Shown: in pieces, positions 8,982-18,766 of the stretch
Position numbering within the stretch: position 1 is the stretch's first letter
Layout: every line of letters begins with the position of its first letter
Assembly: GCA_018649885.1 (NCBI GenBank)
Contig: JABIHA010000105.1
Location: forward strand, 1-53,251
Direction: 5' to 3'
From: Bacteriovoracaceae bacterium
GTDB lineage: Bacteria; Bdellovibrionota; Bacteriovoracia; Bacteriovoracales; Bacteriovoracaceae
DNA: 53,251 nucleotides
Notes under the pieces: model-generated
What the model was told of the DNA's origin: nothing
What the model saw: the letters and a program-made list of their open reading frames with translations, nothing else
Database searches by the model: none
Position numbers and translations under genes: made by a program

Positions 8982-10043
8982 ATGAACTTAATTTTTGGTG
9001 CAACTGAGATTACTGAGAGACCTAGAGGTCTGACTTTTGATGATGTTTTAATGGTCCCCCAACATTCGGAAATTAACTCCAGAAGAAGCCCTGATCTTTC
9101 AAGTCAGCTCACAAGAAATTACCGTTTTGATATTCCCGTTATCTCCTCAAATATGGATACTATCTCTGAATCAGATATGTGTTTGGCCATGGCAAGACTT
9201 GGCGGACAAGGAATTTTACACCGTTTCATGACCACCCAAGAACAAGTGGCTCAAGTAAAACTGATCAGAGGCACGCAAGATTCTGAAGGGTTAAAAGCAC
9301 CCATTGCAGCCTCTATTGGTGTTAAAGAAGAAGGCAAAGAAAGAGCTCATGCTCTAGTTGATGCTGGTGTCAATATTCTTACCATTGATATTGCCCATGG
9401 TGATTCAGTGATGATGTTTGAAGTTCTCGATTATGTAAAAAAACAATTTCCAAGTATAGATGTCATTGCAGGAAATGTTGCTGGTGGAGACGGGCTGAGA
9501 AGACTTGTTGATCACGGCGCTGATGCTATTAAAGTGGGAATCGGTGGTGGTTCTATGTGTACAACTAGAATTATTACTGGCTGTGGAGTTCCTCAACTGA
9601 CTTCTATTGCACTTGCTTATGGTGAGGCAAAAAAATATGGTGTACCGATTATTTCTGATGGAGGACACCGAACAAGTGGTGATATCACCAAGGCCTTAGC
9701 TGCCGGAGCACAAAGTGTAATGCTAGGAAGTATGCTTTCTGGGACTCTTGAAACTCCCGGAGAAGTTAAAGGTGGGAAGAAAAGATATAGAGGAATGGCC
9801 TCAAAAGATGCTCAGGTATCTTGGAGAGGTGAGCTTCCCAAGGGAATGGCAGCAGAGGGAGAGGCAACTCTCATTGCTTGTAAAGGACCTGTTGAAAATA
9901 TCATTACAGAAATCACCGGTGGTGTGAGATCGGGAATGACTTACCTCAATGCCCTAACTGTGGCTCAGATTTATGAAAATGCTAGATTCATGGAAATGAC
10001 TCCTTCAGGTATGGCCGAGTCACGTCCCCATGGTGTGAGATAA
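8982..10043 (+). CDS. guaB: IMP dehydrogenase / GMP reductase family protein lacking CBS domains
   Basis: [34 protein letters not shown] (catalytic Cys), DGG, YRGMAS, EG motifs; GAGGA RBS. IMPDH versus GMPR activity is uncertain. Confidence 0.85.
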   Translation: MNLIFGATEITERPRGLTFDDVLMVPQHSEINSRRSPDLSSQLTRNYRFDIPVISSNMDTISESDMCLAMARLGGQGILHRFMTTQEQVAQVKLIRGTQDSEGLKAPIAASIGVKEEGKERAHALVDAGVNILTIDIAHGDSVMMFEVLDYVKKQFPSIDVIAGNVAGGDGLRRLVDHGADAIKVGIGGGSMCTTRIITGCGVPQLTSIALAYGEAKKYGVPIISDGGHRTSGDITKALAAGAQSVMLGSMLSGTLETPGEVKGGKKRYRGMASKDAQVSWRGELPKGMAAEGEATLIACKGPVENIITEITGGVRSGMTYLNALTVAQIYENARFMEMTPSGMAESRPHGVR

Positions 10044-10054
10044 AAATTAAAATA

Positions 10055-11848
10055 GTGGGCAAGACAAATGAAATGGTCGAATATGTGCTCTCCTATGACC
10101 GCTTAAACGAGCGGATCAAAGGTAGGGCACAGGATAAGAAAAAGGCCTTAAAAATTCTTAATGAGATCAAATCTGATTTTAGCTTTAAATCAATAAACCG
10201 GTTTAAAAATTTCTTAGATAACACTCTTATGCGCCTTTATGATGAGGTTGCGCTGCAAGTTCCAGATAACATGGATCTCAATGAGCTTTACAAAAATAAT
10301 TGTCTTATTTTTGTACCCAATCATCAAAGTCACGCAGATTACTTGGCCATAAGCTATAAGCTGGCGGGAACAGATTACAGGCTTCCCATCCACATTACTG
10401 CAGGCATCAATCTTAACTTTTTTCCTGTGGGGAAAATTTTTAGAAGTGCTGGGGCATTTTTTATTCGGAGAAGTTTTAACTCTGATATCTTGTACAAAAT
10501 TACGCTTGAAGCCTATATCTCCTATCTTCTTAGTAAGGGGACACCCATTGAATTTTTCTTCGAAGGGGGGCGCTCTCGTCATGGGAAGTTGATGCCACCT
10601 CGTTTTGGCATGTTTCAAATGATTCTTTCAACTCACAGAAAGCTAAAAGAAAAAAAGCCACTACTTTTTATCCCAGTTAGTATTGTTCATGAAATGCTAC
10701 CTGAGGAAAAATCTCACGCCAGGGAGATTGATGGTGGCAAGAAGAGCAAAGAAAAAACCAGTGAGCTTTTTAAACTTTATAAAGTGATGGACCGAAAACT
10801 TGGATCTATCCACATTAATCTTGGGCAGCCTATTTCTGTTCCCGGTGATGAGGTAGATGTAAAAGACGCCACAAGAGAAGTTGCCTTTGATTGTTATCGT
10901 ATGGTGGGGCGAGGAATGCTTGTGACACCAACGGCAGTTCTGGCAATGGTATTACTTGATGAACCCAGTGGGGCCATGACGCTAGAAGATATCATGGTTA
11001 AGGGTGGTAAAATTATTGATTACTGCCAAACATTTGAAGTTCCCATTACAAATTCGCTGAAAGCTGGGACAGGTGAAAAGAGTCTAAAAAGAGCGTTAGA
11101 GCTTCTAATTTCCAGTAAGAAAATTGAAGTAATACCCAATGAAAGATTAGAGCAAACCTATTATGTCATTAATGAGCAAAATAGAGTGGATCTTTTATAT
11201 TCAAAAAATACTATCTTGCACCATTTTTTAGTGCCATTTTTTATCAACTCAGCATGGATAAAAGTTTTTACAGGTAGTGCTAAGTCGGGCTCTGATATTG
11301 GAAAACTCTTTTTAGATCAAAGAAAGAGATTAAAATATGAGTTTTACTTGCCTACAATAAAGCGAATGAATGTATTGGGACTAGGAATTGTTTCTCACTA
11401 CACAGGAAAGTCTTCAGAGACTCTTGATGACTGCATGACTTTTTCAAAAGAGGAGATGTTTAAATTAGTATCAAATATAAATGTCTTTTCAAGGTCGTGC
11501 ATTTACATTTTTGAGGCCTATTATATTGGGGCCCTTACAGTAAAACACCTCTATAAAAAATATGGAGATGAGGGATTTAAAAGGGATCAATACCAAAGTT
11601 CTACCAAAGAAATTTTTCAACTGGAAAAAAATCATGGAAGAATCATTCGGTATCAAGAATCCTACTCCATCTTTCTCATGAAAAATGCATTTAAATTCTT
11701 TGAAAACCTTCATGTTATTAAACAATATAAAGATAAGCCGGGAACATATTATATTCCCAGGCCTTCAGAGCTTGATAAAGTGATCAATGTTTACTTACAA
11801 GATTTGACTGAAAGGCTAACTATTAATATCAACACACTTCACACATAA
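10055..11848 (+). CDS. plsB: Glycerol-3-phosphate O-acyltransferase (PlsB/DHAPAT family)
   Basis: PNHQSHAD (HX4D), GAFFIRRSF and FFFEGGRSR acyltransferase blocks. Confidence 0.85.
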   Translation: MGKTNEMVEYVLSYDRLNERIKGRAQDKKKALKILNEIKSDFSFKSINRFKNFLDNTLMRLYDEVALQVPDNMDLNELYKNNCLIFVPNHQSHADYLAISYKLAGTDYRLPIHITAGINLNFFPVGKIFRSAGAFFIRRSFNSDILYKITLEAYISYLLSKGTPIEFFFEGGRSRHGKLMPPRFGMFQMILSTHRKLKEKKPLLFIPVSIVHEMLPEEKSHAREIDGGKKSKEKTSELFKLYKVMDRKLGSIHINLGQPISVPGDEVDVKDATREVAFDCYRMVGRGMLVTPTAVLAMVLLDEPSGAMTLEDIMVKGGKIIDYCQTFEVPITNSLKAGTGEKSLKRALELLISSKKIEVIPNERLEQTYYVINEQNRVDLLYSKNTILHHFLVPFFINSAWIKVFTGSAKSGSDIGKLFLDQRKRLKYEFYLPTIKRMNVLGLGIVSHYTGKSSETLDDCMTFSKEEMFKLVSNINVFSRSCIYIFEAYYIGALTVKHLYKKYGDEGFKRDQYQSSTKEIFQLEKNHGRIIRYQESYSIFLMKNAFKFFENLHVIKQYKDKPGTYYIPRPSELDKVINVYLQDLTERLTININTLHT

Positions 11849-11862
11849 ATTTAGGTGACAAT

Positions 11863-12450
11863 ATGAGTAGTACTGGATTTGCTGGAGACAGTAAAAAAGT
11901 AGAAGAAGCAATAGGCGAAATCATTAAATATCTTGGTGAAAACCCGGAAAGAGAGGGTTTAAAGGACACTCCGAGAAGAATGATAAAGTCTTGGGATAGA
12001 CTTTTTGGGGGATATAACCAAAAAGTAGAAGATATTCTGACTTTTTTTGAAGAAGACAATGTCATTCCTCATGGCCAAATTATTCTCTTAAAAGATATCG
12101 AGTTTTACTCCACCTGTGAGCATCACTTCCTTCCTTTTGTAGGCAAGGCCCATGTGGCCTATATTCCTAAATCTAGGGTTGTGGGTATTTCAAAACTAGC
12201 AAGAATTGTAGAGCTCTACGCTAGAAGACTTCAAATTCAAGAGCGAATCTGCAACCAAGTTTCCACTGCCATAATGGATCATCTCGATGCTGAGGGAGCA
12301 GGCTGTATTATCGAAAGTAAGCACTTTTGCATGACCTGTCGTGGTGTTGAAAAGCAAAACTCAGTTATGGTGACCTCTAGCTTAAAGGGCATTTTTCTAA
12401 AAAATGCCCAGACTAGAAATGAACTTCTAAGTTTAATTCAGGGCTGTTAA
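11863..12450 (+). CDS. folE: GTP cyclohydrolase I
   Basis: REGLKDTPRR, CEHHFLPF, GISKLAR, RRLQIQER, HFCMTCRGV. Confidence 0.97.
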   Translation: MSSTGFAGDSKKVEEAIGEIIKYLGENPEREGLKDTPRRMIKSWDRLFGGYNQKVEDILTFFEEDNVIPHGQIILLKDIEFYSTCEHHFLPFVGKAHVAYIPKSRVVGISKLARIVELYARRLQIQERICNQVSTAIMDHLDAEGAGCIIESKHFCMTCRGVEKQNSVMVTSSLKGIFLKNAQTRNELLSLIQGC

Positions 12451-12893
12451 TGGATTTTAAATCTGGAACTCCAGAAAAAATCCACCTCCCAAACTCTAGA
12501 CTTCTGTTTATTAAAAGTACTGAGCTCACTGATCCTTACAAGAGCTGGGATCAACTAATTCAATACATTAACGAAAGTAGGCTGAAGCAGTGTGGAGGCC
12601 ACAGGATAATTCACTTTGATGATGAAGAGATACTTGTGGGGATCAATATTATCGGATTTCCTGAAGATGCTAAGTCTCAGGGGATAGAATGGATTGATTT
12701 TGATAAATCAATTGTCACTAAAACTCCCATTCACGGTGTTTTGTCACATATGACTGAGCTAACTCACTTTATAAAAGAGTTTTTTAAGGGTTCAAGTGGT
12801 TCTACGCGCAGAGTCGTGCTATGCTTTGGCGACGGCCGGCCCGAGAGCTCTTGTGAGAAGCATTCGTGGTGGTTTGAGCACTGGAAAAATTGA
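12450..12893 (+). CDS. Hypothetical protein (possibly GyrI-like fold)
   Basis: 147-aa ORF coupled to folE by TAATG; fold guess is weak. Confidence 0.6.
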   Translation: MDFKSGTPEKIHLPNSRLLFIKSTELTDPYKSWDQLIQYINESRLKQCGGHRIIHFDDEEILVGINIIGFPEDAKSQGIEWIDFDKSIVTKTPIHGVLSHMTELTHFIKEFFKGSSGSTRRVVLCFGDGRPESSCEKHSWWFEHWKN

Positions 12894-12989
12894 CCAAATT
12901 ATGGGGTTTTATGGCTTGTCACCCTTGCTAGAAACGTGTAATTTCAACAATGCTCTCTCAAATTTTAATACACTGGTAGGAGGTGGACT

Positions 12990-13541
12990 ATTTCTGTTAG
13001 AAAAGGTAGCGGCAATCGTGGTCGAGAACGGGGACCAAGAATAAATGATCATATAAGGGCCCCCGAAGTAAGATTAGTTGGTGATGATGGCGAACAATTT
13101 GGAATAGTTGATTTAGGGCGTGCCAGAGAGATAGCTAATGATAAAGGTTTGGATTTAGTAGAAGTATCCCCCAATGCAAAACCACCAGTGGTCAAAGTTA
13201 TTGACTACGGAAAGTTTAAATATCAGCAGCAAAAAGCTGCCAATGAGGCCAAGAAAAAACAAACTCAGGCCCAGTTAAAAGAAATCCAATTTAGACCCAA
13301 TATTGATATTCATGATCTTGAGGTAAAGCTCGGTAGGGCCAAGAAGTTTATTGAGCAGGGTGACAAAATTAAAATGATTATGCAATTTCGTGGACGTGAA
13401 ATGGCCTATCAAAGACAAGGCCTTGAAAAATTCAAGGGTATCATCTCCCAAGTTACTGAATTTGGGGCATTGATTGAAAATGAGCCGAAGATTATGGGCA
13501 ACAGAATTATCACCATGATTTCTCCCGCTAAAAAGAATTAA
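12990..13541 (+). CDS. infC: Translation initiation factor IF-3 with non-canonical AUU start
   Basis: AGGAGGTGG RBS, then ATT at 12990 in frame with 13149. The extension encodes RINDHIRAPEVRLVGDDGEQFG (IF3 N-domain). Confidence 0.95.
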   Translation: MSVRKGSGNRGRERGPRINDHIRAPEVRLVGDDGEQFGIVDLGRAREIANDKGLDLVEVSPNAKPPVVKVIDYGKFKYQQQKAANEAKKKQTQAQLKEIQFRPNIDIHDLEVKLGRAKKFIEQGDKIKMIMQFRGREMAYQRQGLEKFKGIISQVTEFGALIENEPKIMGNRIITMISPAKKN

Positions 13542-13634
13542 TTACTGCATGTGAGCGTTGATAATTGAAACCCTCCATGATAAGCATATGTGCTTAAATT
13601 ATCGTAGAAAAAAGTGCAGACAGGAGTCTATAAA

Positions 13635-13835
13635 ATGCCAAAGATGAAGACAAAGAGAAGTGCCGCTAAAAGATTTACACTTACTGGTACTGGAAAAATT
13701 AAAATTAAAAAGGCCAATCTTCGTCATATTTTAGAGAAGAAGTCCCACAAAAATAAAAAGGACGCTTCAAAGACTGGTTACGTTCATCAAAGCGATGTTC
13801 GTCAAACAATGAGAATGTTGCCTTACGCAAAATAG
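13635..13835 (+). CDS. rpmI: 50S ribosomal protein bL35
   Basis: [14 protein letters not shown]...; AGGAG RBS before ATG 13635. Confidence 0.97.
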   Translation: MPKMKTKRSAAKRFTLTGTGKIKIKKANLRHILEKKSHKNKKDASKTGYVHQSDVRQTMRMLPYAK

Positions 13836-13845
13836 TGAATATAAA

Positions 13846-13892
13846 TTGTCCGGGGTCTAATAAAGTGAAGTGCAAACTTCCCCCTAGGTCAA
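13846..13892 (+). promoter_or_regulatory. Putative structured RNA between rpmI and rplT (candidate bL20 leader)
   Basis: GAAGT-GCAA-ACTTC GNRA hairpin nested in an imperfect outer stem TTGTCCGGGG/CCCTAGGTCAA, just before the rplT RBS. Confidence 0.45.
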
Positions 13893-13907
13893 GATGAGGA
13901 GAATATA

Positions 13908-14252
13908 ATGGCCAGAGTTAGAAGAGGCTTTAAAGCAAGAAGAAGAAGAAACAAGATTTTAAAACTAGCAAAGGGTTATCACTTTGATAGAAGAACTAAG
14001 TTTCGTCATGCAACTCAAACAGTTGTAAGGGCCTTACATAATGCTTATAAGCAAAGAAGGCTTCTCAAAAGAAATATGAGAAGATTATGGATCACAAGAA
14101 TTTCTGCAGGCGCAAAATTACTTGATGGTTCTTACTCTAAAATGATGGGTGGGCTTATTAAAAATAATGTAACCCTCAATAGAAAAATGCTTTCTGAAAT
14201 TGCTGCTAGAGATATGGCAGGTTTTGAAGTTGTATTTAACGCATCAAAATAA
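13908..14252 (+). CDS. rplT: 50S ribosomal protein bL20
   Basis: MARVRRG...KLAKGY, RRLWITRI, LNRKMLSEIA. Confidence 0.97.
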   Translation: MARVRRGFKARRRRNKILKLAKGYHFDRRTKFRHATQTVVRALHNAYKQRRLLKRNMRRLWITRISAGAKLLDGSYSKMMGGLIKNNVTLNRKMLSEIAARDMAGFEVVFNASK

Positions 14253-14271
14253 GTTTATTTAAATTCATATG

Positions 14272-14302
14272 AAAAGGGCATCTGTGTGATGCCCTTTTTT
14301 TT
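14272..14302 (+). terminator. Rho-independent terminator of infC-rpmI-rplT (probably bidirectional)
   Basis: aaaagggcatc-tgtgt-gatgccc followed by T8. Confidence 0.9.
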
Positions 14303-14356
14303 GTCTTTTTTAAAGTGGCCTGTTTTTACAGACCACTGGATAAAACTAGGTCTTGC

Positions 14357-17300
14357 CTATTGAAAGCTTAGGACCTCATCTCTTGTATTATTTGTCTCAT
14401 TACTTTCAACTACACCATTTGAACTGTCTGCAGTTGCTTGAAACTGTCTTGTTCCCATGCCTCCAACATTAGGACGGTAAAAACTGATGGTCTTAGTCGC
14501 TCCGGCTGATACATCAGCTGATTGTAGGATTGCTATCCAATTGGAAGTAGCATTCCAAGAAACCTTTACGTAGTAGCTGTTGGTAACAGTGGAGCTGCCT
14601 TGGTTTTTGATCACAACGTACATGTACTGCCCAGATATATACATATCCTGAACAATTAAATCTTTTCCAGAGCTTCCTCCACTGGCAACTGCAAAGCTTA
14701 GGGTTTCATTTCTAGAGTTGTTGGACTCACTGGATTCAGTGACATAACTATAGTAGTCAGCTGTTGCTGTAAAGGCGTATGAACTGGTGCCTACACCAAA
14801 ATCTGATTTACTATAGGAAATGGTGACACTTGAACCTGCTCCTATGGAGCTGGTGTATAGAACCTTTGAGTAACCACTTCTGTAGAGTCTTGTATAAGAG
14901 TAACCAGAAGAGATTGTTCCTGTATTTTTCACTTTGACCTTAATGTAATTTCCTTCAACCCACATATCTTGGACTTGAAGGTCTTTACTTGAAGCTGCCG
15001 TGGTAAAACTTAAGGTTTCGGACCTTGAGTTGTTACTCTCATTGCTTTCCGTTACATAGCGGTAGTAATCAGCATTTGCGGTGAAGCTGTAGGAGCTTGA
15101 ACCTAGGTAAAAATCAGACTTGTAAAAAGTATGAGTGTAGGTTGCTCCAGGAGCAATGCTTGAAACGTAGCTTGTTCTAGATCTACCGTTGCCATAAAGT
15201 CTCGTGTAGGAATAACCAGCAGAACCTGTGCCTTGGTTTTTCACTTTCACTTTGATGTAGTTTCCTTCCACAAGGATGTCTTGAACAATCAGATCTGGGC
15301 CACCTGAACTGGCAAAACTGAGAGTCTTAGCTTTCGAGTTATTACTCTCATTTGTTTCTGAGACATAGCGATAGTAATCAGCATTTGCAGTGAAGCTGTA
15401 AGAGCTGCCAGTAAGGTAAAAATCAGACTTGTAAAAAATATGAGTGTAGGTGGCTCCTGCAGCAATTCTTGAAACGTAGCTTGTTCTAGATCTACCGTTT
15501 CCGTAGAGTCTGGTGTAGGAGTAGCCCGACGAAGATGTTCCCTGATTTTTAACAGAAACTTTTATGTAGCTTCCGCTGACATAAATATTAGTGACAATCA
15601 GGTCCACACTAGAGCTACTGGCAAAGCTAAGTGACTTACTCAGTGAATTGTTACTTTCATTACTTTCAGTGACGTAGCCGTAGTAGTCTGCATTTGCCGT
15701 AAAGGTGTATGAGCTGCCAGTAAGATAAAAACCAGACTTGTAGAAAGTATGGGTATAGGTCGATCCTGTAGCAATACTTGAAACGTAGCTTGTTTTAGTT
15801 CTACTATTGCCATAGAGTCTGGTGTAAGAGTAGCCCGATGAAGAGGTACCCTGATTTTTCACTTTCACTTTAATGTAGTTTCCACTTACATAAACGTCTG
15901 TGACAACAAGATCAACACTTGATCCAGTAAGAGTCATTGATTCAGTGTAGGTGTTATTGGTTTCACTACTCTCAGAACGGTAATTGTAAGTATCAGCGGT
16001 AGCGGTGAAAGAAAATGTTCCTCCTGAGCTGACACCCAGCCTTGATTTTAGAAAACTTACTGTTGTTGAAACTCCAGCTGATAAACTCGCAGTATAGGCA
16101 GTGTAAGTGTATGAGCCTTGAACTACTTTGGTGTAGGAGTAACTTGAGTAAGCGGTGCCAATGTTTTTAACAGTTGCTTTGATATAGTTTCCCTCGTCCT
16201 TTAGATCTAGTACAACTAGGTCTGGTTTAGCTGGAGCTGGAATACTTATAGAAGCACCACTGCAGTTATTGGTACTATCAAGTTCAGCTGTCGCTGTTGT
16301 AGTACATGCATTTAGGTCGTAACTACTTCCATCAACCATTTGCATATTTCCTTTGTAAAAAGATGCAGTGGAGCTCGCTCCTGGGTTGAGGTTGGTATGG
16401 TAGTAGAAATTTGTTATGACACCTCTATTGAGTGAAGTTCTCGGAGCCGCAGCTGCCGCATTACCATTATTAGTGATGGTGACGTAGACATAACTTCCAG
16501 AGAGGTAGACATTACTCACCACAAGATCTGGAGCAGTAGGGGAGCCTACAATCCAAATTGTTGAACTAGTTGAGTTATTGGTCTCATCACTTTCAGTACT
16601 AGCAGAAGTCGAATCCACTATGGCACTGACAATGTAATTAGCAGATTCAGTAATTCCAAAATCAAGTGCATCATATTCAATGGATGAGCTTGCACCAATT
16701 CCTAGACTAGTAACAAGTGAAGTCTTTGTTTGACCATAAGCTGTTACTGCTACATAGAAACCAGATGCGACATCATCACCATCATTTGAAAATGAAACTT
16801 TGACTTTATCGGCTATAAACTGGATGGAGCTAATAGAGAGATCTGGTTTGGGATCTGGAAAAGAGATGGTGGCCGTAGATGAGTTATTGGTTTCATCTAT
16901 TTCTGTGACATTATTGTAAATATCAACTGAACCTGTAGCTGAAACATCTCCTCTAGGGTTTCCAAAGTCGGCACCATCAAAAAGAATTTGCTTAGTCTGA
17001 CTTGGAAGGAGTAGTCCTATCGCTGCAGTCTTTTCAGTGCCTGAGATATCAACTCTTGCAGAGGAGCCATAATTGACCCTGACACCGCCAATATTTTTGA
17101 CAGTCAGCACGAGGTAATTGTTTCCAGAGTAGACAAGGGAATCAACAATTAAATCAGGCTTTGCTGCTACTGCAAAATCGATCACTTGTGTTAGTGAGTT
17201 ATTGCTTTCATCATCTTCAACGATATTAGAAGCATGATCAGCATAAAGAGTAAATGATTTACTCATGGGACCAGTGATACCCATTTGAGATGTGACAAAT

Positions 17301-18766
17301 AAATGAACTTTCGTCGCTCCCGGATCAGGGCATGGAACAGAGATAGCTTGGTGATAAGCACCATCAATATACATTCTCAGAGAATGAGTGATGGCGCATG
17401 TTCCATCTCCAGTATTGGCAACAGTGACTTTAATACTGTCTATGTCGTGCACAATACTTGAAATACTTAAATCGGGGTAAATAGGGGCAGGAATGGAAAC
17501 CGATCCAGAGGCCGAGTTATTAGTCTCATCCTCTTCATCCAAAATATTTTCTGAGTCAATTGTCGCTGTAACGGTGATCGTCTGACCAAGACTTAACTGC
17601 ATGGCTACTCGAGGTATGCTTTTGGAAGAAAAAACTCCTGGACCGGGTACCAAAATATTAGTTGAAAAATCAAACCCTCCTGAACTAGGGTCAAATTTTA
17701 TTTTTACACTTTCTCCACCACCGCCTTCTCCAGCATTTCTGAAATAGGCCGTAATAGTATCGTTAGATGGATTGTATGAAACTGAATTGACTACTAAGTC
17801 TGGTTTTGGGGGAGGTGGTGCTCCATTTCTGTGACAGCTAGCTTGCGCTCCCACGAGAGTTTGAGTGTCAGAGCAATCAGGTCCAGCTAGGGCATCACAA
17901 CTTGCGGGACAATCTGCTGGAGCTTCTGCTCCCAAACCCCAATAGCAAATTCCATCAGCATCTGAATCACTACAAACTGCAGTTTCTGCGAGAGCGAAGT
18001 CGGCAATCAATAGGTCGTATTTAGGTTTTCTAAATTTACCAAAGTCCATCCATAGCATTTTTCCCATTTCAAGCTCACCCCAATCACTACCGAGGTCACT
18101 ATAGAACTCTAGAACTAAGTTTCCAAAACTATCAAAGTCATAGCCGACAATAATAACATCCATATGGTAGGGAAGTATTTGAGCGAGAAGGGGGCCTTCA
18201 TCAATAAGCTTTTCCATGACAGATTGTTTGCTAATGTAATCTGCTACATATTCTACGTAGTCACTTCTATATCCAGCACTTAGCAAATGTATCATCCACT
18301 GTGATTGGCTTTTACTTTTATTAAAATAGATATTGAGGGCAGAGGTGAGAATGTCATCTCTGATTTGGTCTGAAGAATGATTGCCATTCCAGCTAAAACT
18401 ATCTGAAAGACCATAGCTATCAATTTCTTTAGCAGAATATCTGGTGCTGGCATCTGTTTGATAACTTGGGGAGAGTGAAATAGAAACCCCATTTTTTAAA
18501 TAGTAATCAGTGCCTGGAAAATTTGGATTGAAAATACCACTTTCAAATCTTAGAAAGTTTTCAGCGTAACTTGGTAGAGTAGATACAGAGACTCCATACA
18601 CATCTTTAAATAATTGCAATTTTTGCGAATCAGGCAACTGACTCGCAGATGTAACACCTTCAGTCCACTCATCGTTTTGTGAGTGAGAGTCTGGTGAATA
18701 CAAAGTTAGGGATAGAATAAAAATGAGTAGATAAGTCGATGAGAATCGACTTAGAGTCGCTACCAT
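14357..18766 (-). CDS. Large secreted protein: degenerate papain-like (C1A) N-terminal domain, Cys-rich linker, 11 CARDB (Ig-like) domains
   Basis: Signal peptide; 11 repeats of xDLxV...VxNxG...ADxxxxVxExNExNN. AAGGAGG RBS before ATG 18766; alternative ATG 18808 also has GGGGAG. Confidence 0.85.
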   Translation of the reverse strand: MVATLSRFSSTYLLIFILSLTLYSPDSHSQNDEWTEGVTSASQLPDSQKLQLFKDVYGVSVSTLPSYAENFLRFESGIFNPNFPGTDYYLKNGVSISLSPSYQTDASTRYSAKEIDSYGLSDSFSWNGNHSSDQIRDDILTSALNIYFNKSKSQSQWMIHLLSAGYRSDYVEYVADYISKQSVMEKLIDEGPLLAQILPYHMDVIIVGYDFDSFGNLVLEFYSDLGSDWGELEMGKMLWMDFGKFRKPKYDLLIADFALAETAVCSDSDADGICYWGLGAEAPADCPASCDALAGPDCSDTQTLVGAQASCHRNGAPPPPKPDLVVNSVSYNPSNDTITAYFRNAGEGGGGESVKIKFDPSSGGFDFSTNILVPGPGVFSSKSIPRVAMQLSLGQTITVTATIDSENILDEEDETNNSASGSVSIPAPIYPDLSISSIVHDIDSIKVTVANTGDGTCAITHSLRMYIDGAYHQAISVPCPDPGATKVHLFVTSQMGITGPMSKSFTLYADHASNIVEDDESNNSLTQVIDFAVAAKPDLIVDSLVYSGNNYLVLTVKNIGGVRVNYGSSARVDISGTEKTAAIGLLLPSQTKQILFDGADFGNPRGDVSATGSVDIYNNVTEIDETNNSSTATISFPDPKPDLSISSIQFIADKVKVSFSNDGDDVASGFYVAVTAYGQTKTSLVTSLGIGASSSIEYDALDFGITESANYIVSAIVDSTSASTESDETNNSTSSTIWIVGSPTAPDLVVSNVYLSGSYVYVTITNNGNAAAAAPRTSLNRGVITNFYYHTNLNPGASSTASFYKGNMQMVDGSSYDLNACTTTATAELDSTNNCSGASISIPAPAKPDLVVLDLKDEGNYIKATVKNIGTAYSSYSYTKVVQGSYTYTAYTASLSAGVSTTVSFLKSRLGVSSGGTFSFTATADTYNYRSESSETNNTYTESMTLTGSSVDLVVTDVYVSGNYIKVKVKNQGTSSSGYSYTRLYGNSRTKTSYVSSIATGSTYTHTFYKSGFYLTGSSYTFTANADYYGYVTESNESNNSLSKSLSFASSSSVDLIVTNIYVSGSYIKVSVKNQGTSSSGYSYTRLYGNGRSRTSYVSRIAAGATYTHIFYKSDFYLTGSSYSFTANADYYRYVSETNESNNSKAKTLSFASSGGPDLIVQDILVEGNYIKVKVKNQGTGSAGYSYTRLYGNGRSRTSYVSSIAPGATYTHTFYKSDFYLGSSSYSFTANADYYRYVTESNESNNSRSETLSFTTAASSKDLQVQDMWVEGNYIKVKVKNTGTISSGYSYTRLYRSGYSKVLYTSSIGAGSSVTISYSKSDFGVGTSSYAFTATADYYSYVTESSESNNSRNETLSFAVASGGSSGKDLIVQDMYISGQYMYVVIKNQGSSTVTNSYYVKVSWNATSNWIAILQSADVSAGATKTISFYRPNVGGMGTRQFQATADSSNGVVESNETNNTRDEVLSFQ
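14690..15920 (-). repeat. Intragenic tandem repeats (~309-bp period) encoding Tyr/Ser-rich CARDB domains 7-10
   Basis: gaaacgtagcttgtt recurs at 15162, 15471 and 15780 (309-bp spacing); GYSYTRLY recurs four times in the protein. Confidence 0.85.

Noticed and set aside
12796..13044. 82-aa ORF overlapping the infC leader
   Set aside because: Overlaps two real genes in another frame; no RBS or recognisable motif
14690..15920. Regularly spaced repeats as a CRISPR array or DGR template/variable repeats
   Set aside because: Repeats are in-frame 309-bp domain duplications with differences not confined to adenines; no cas or reverse transcriptase gene in the window
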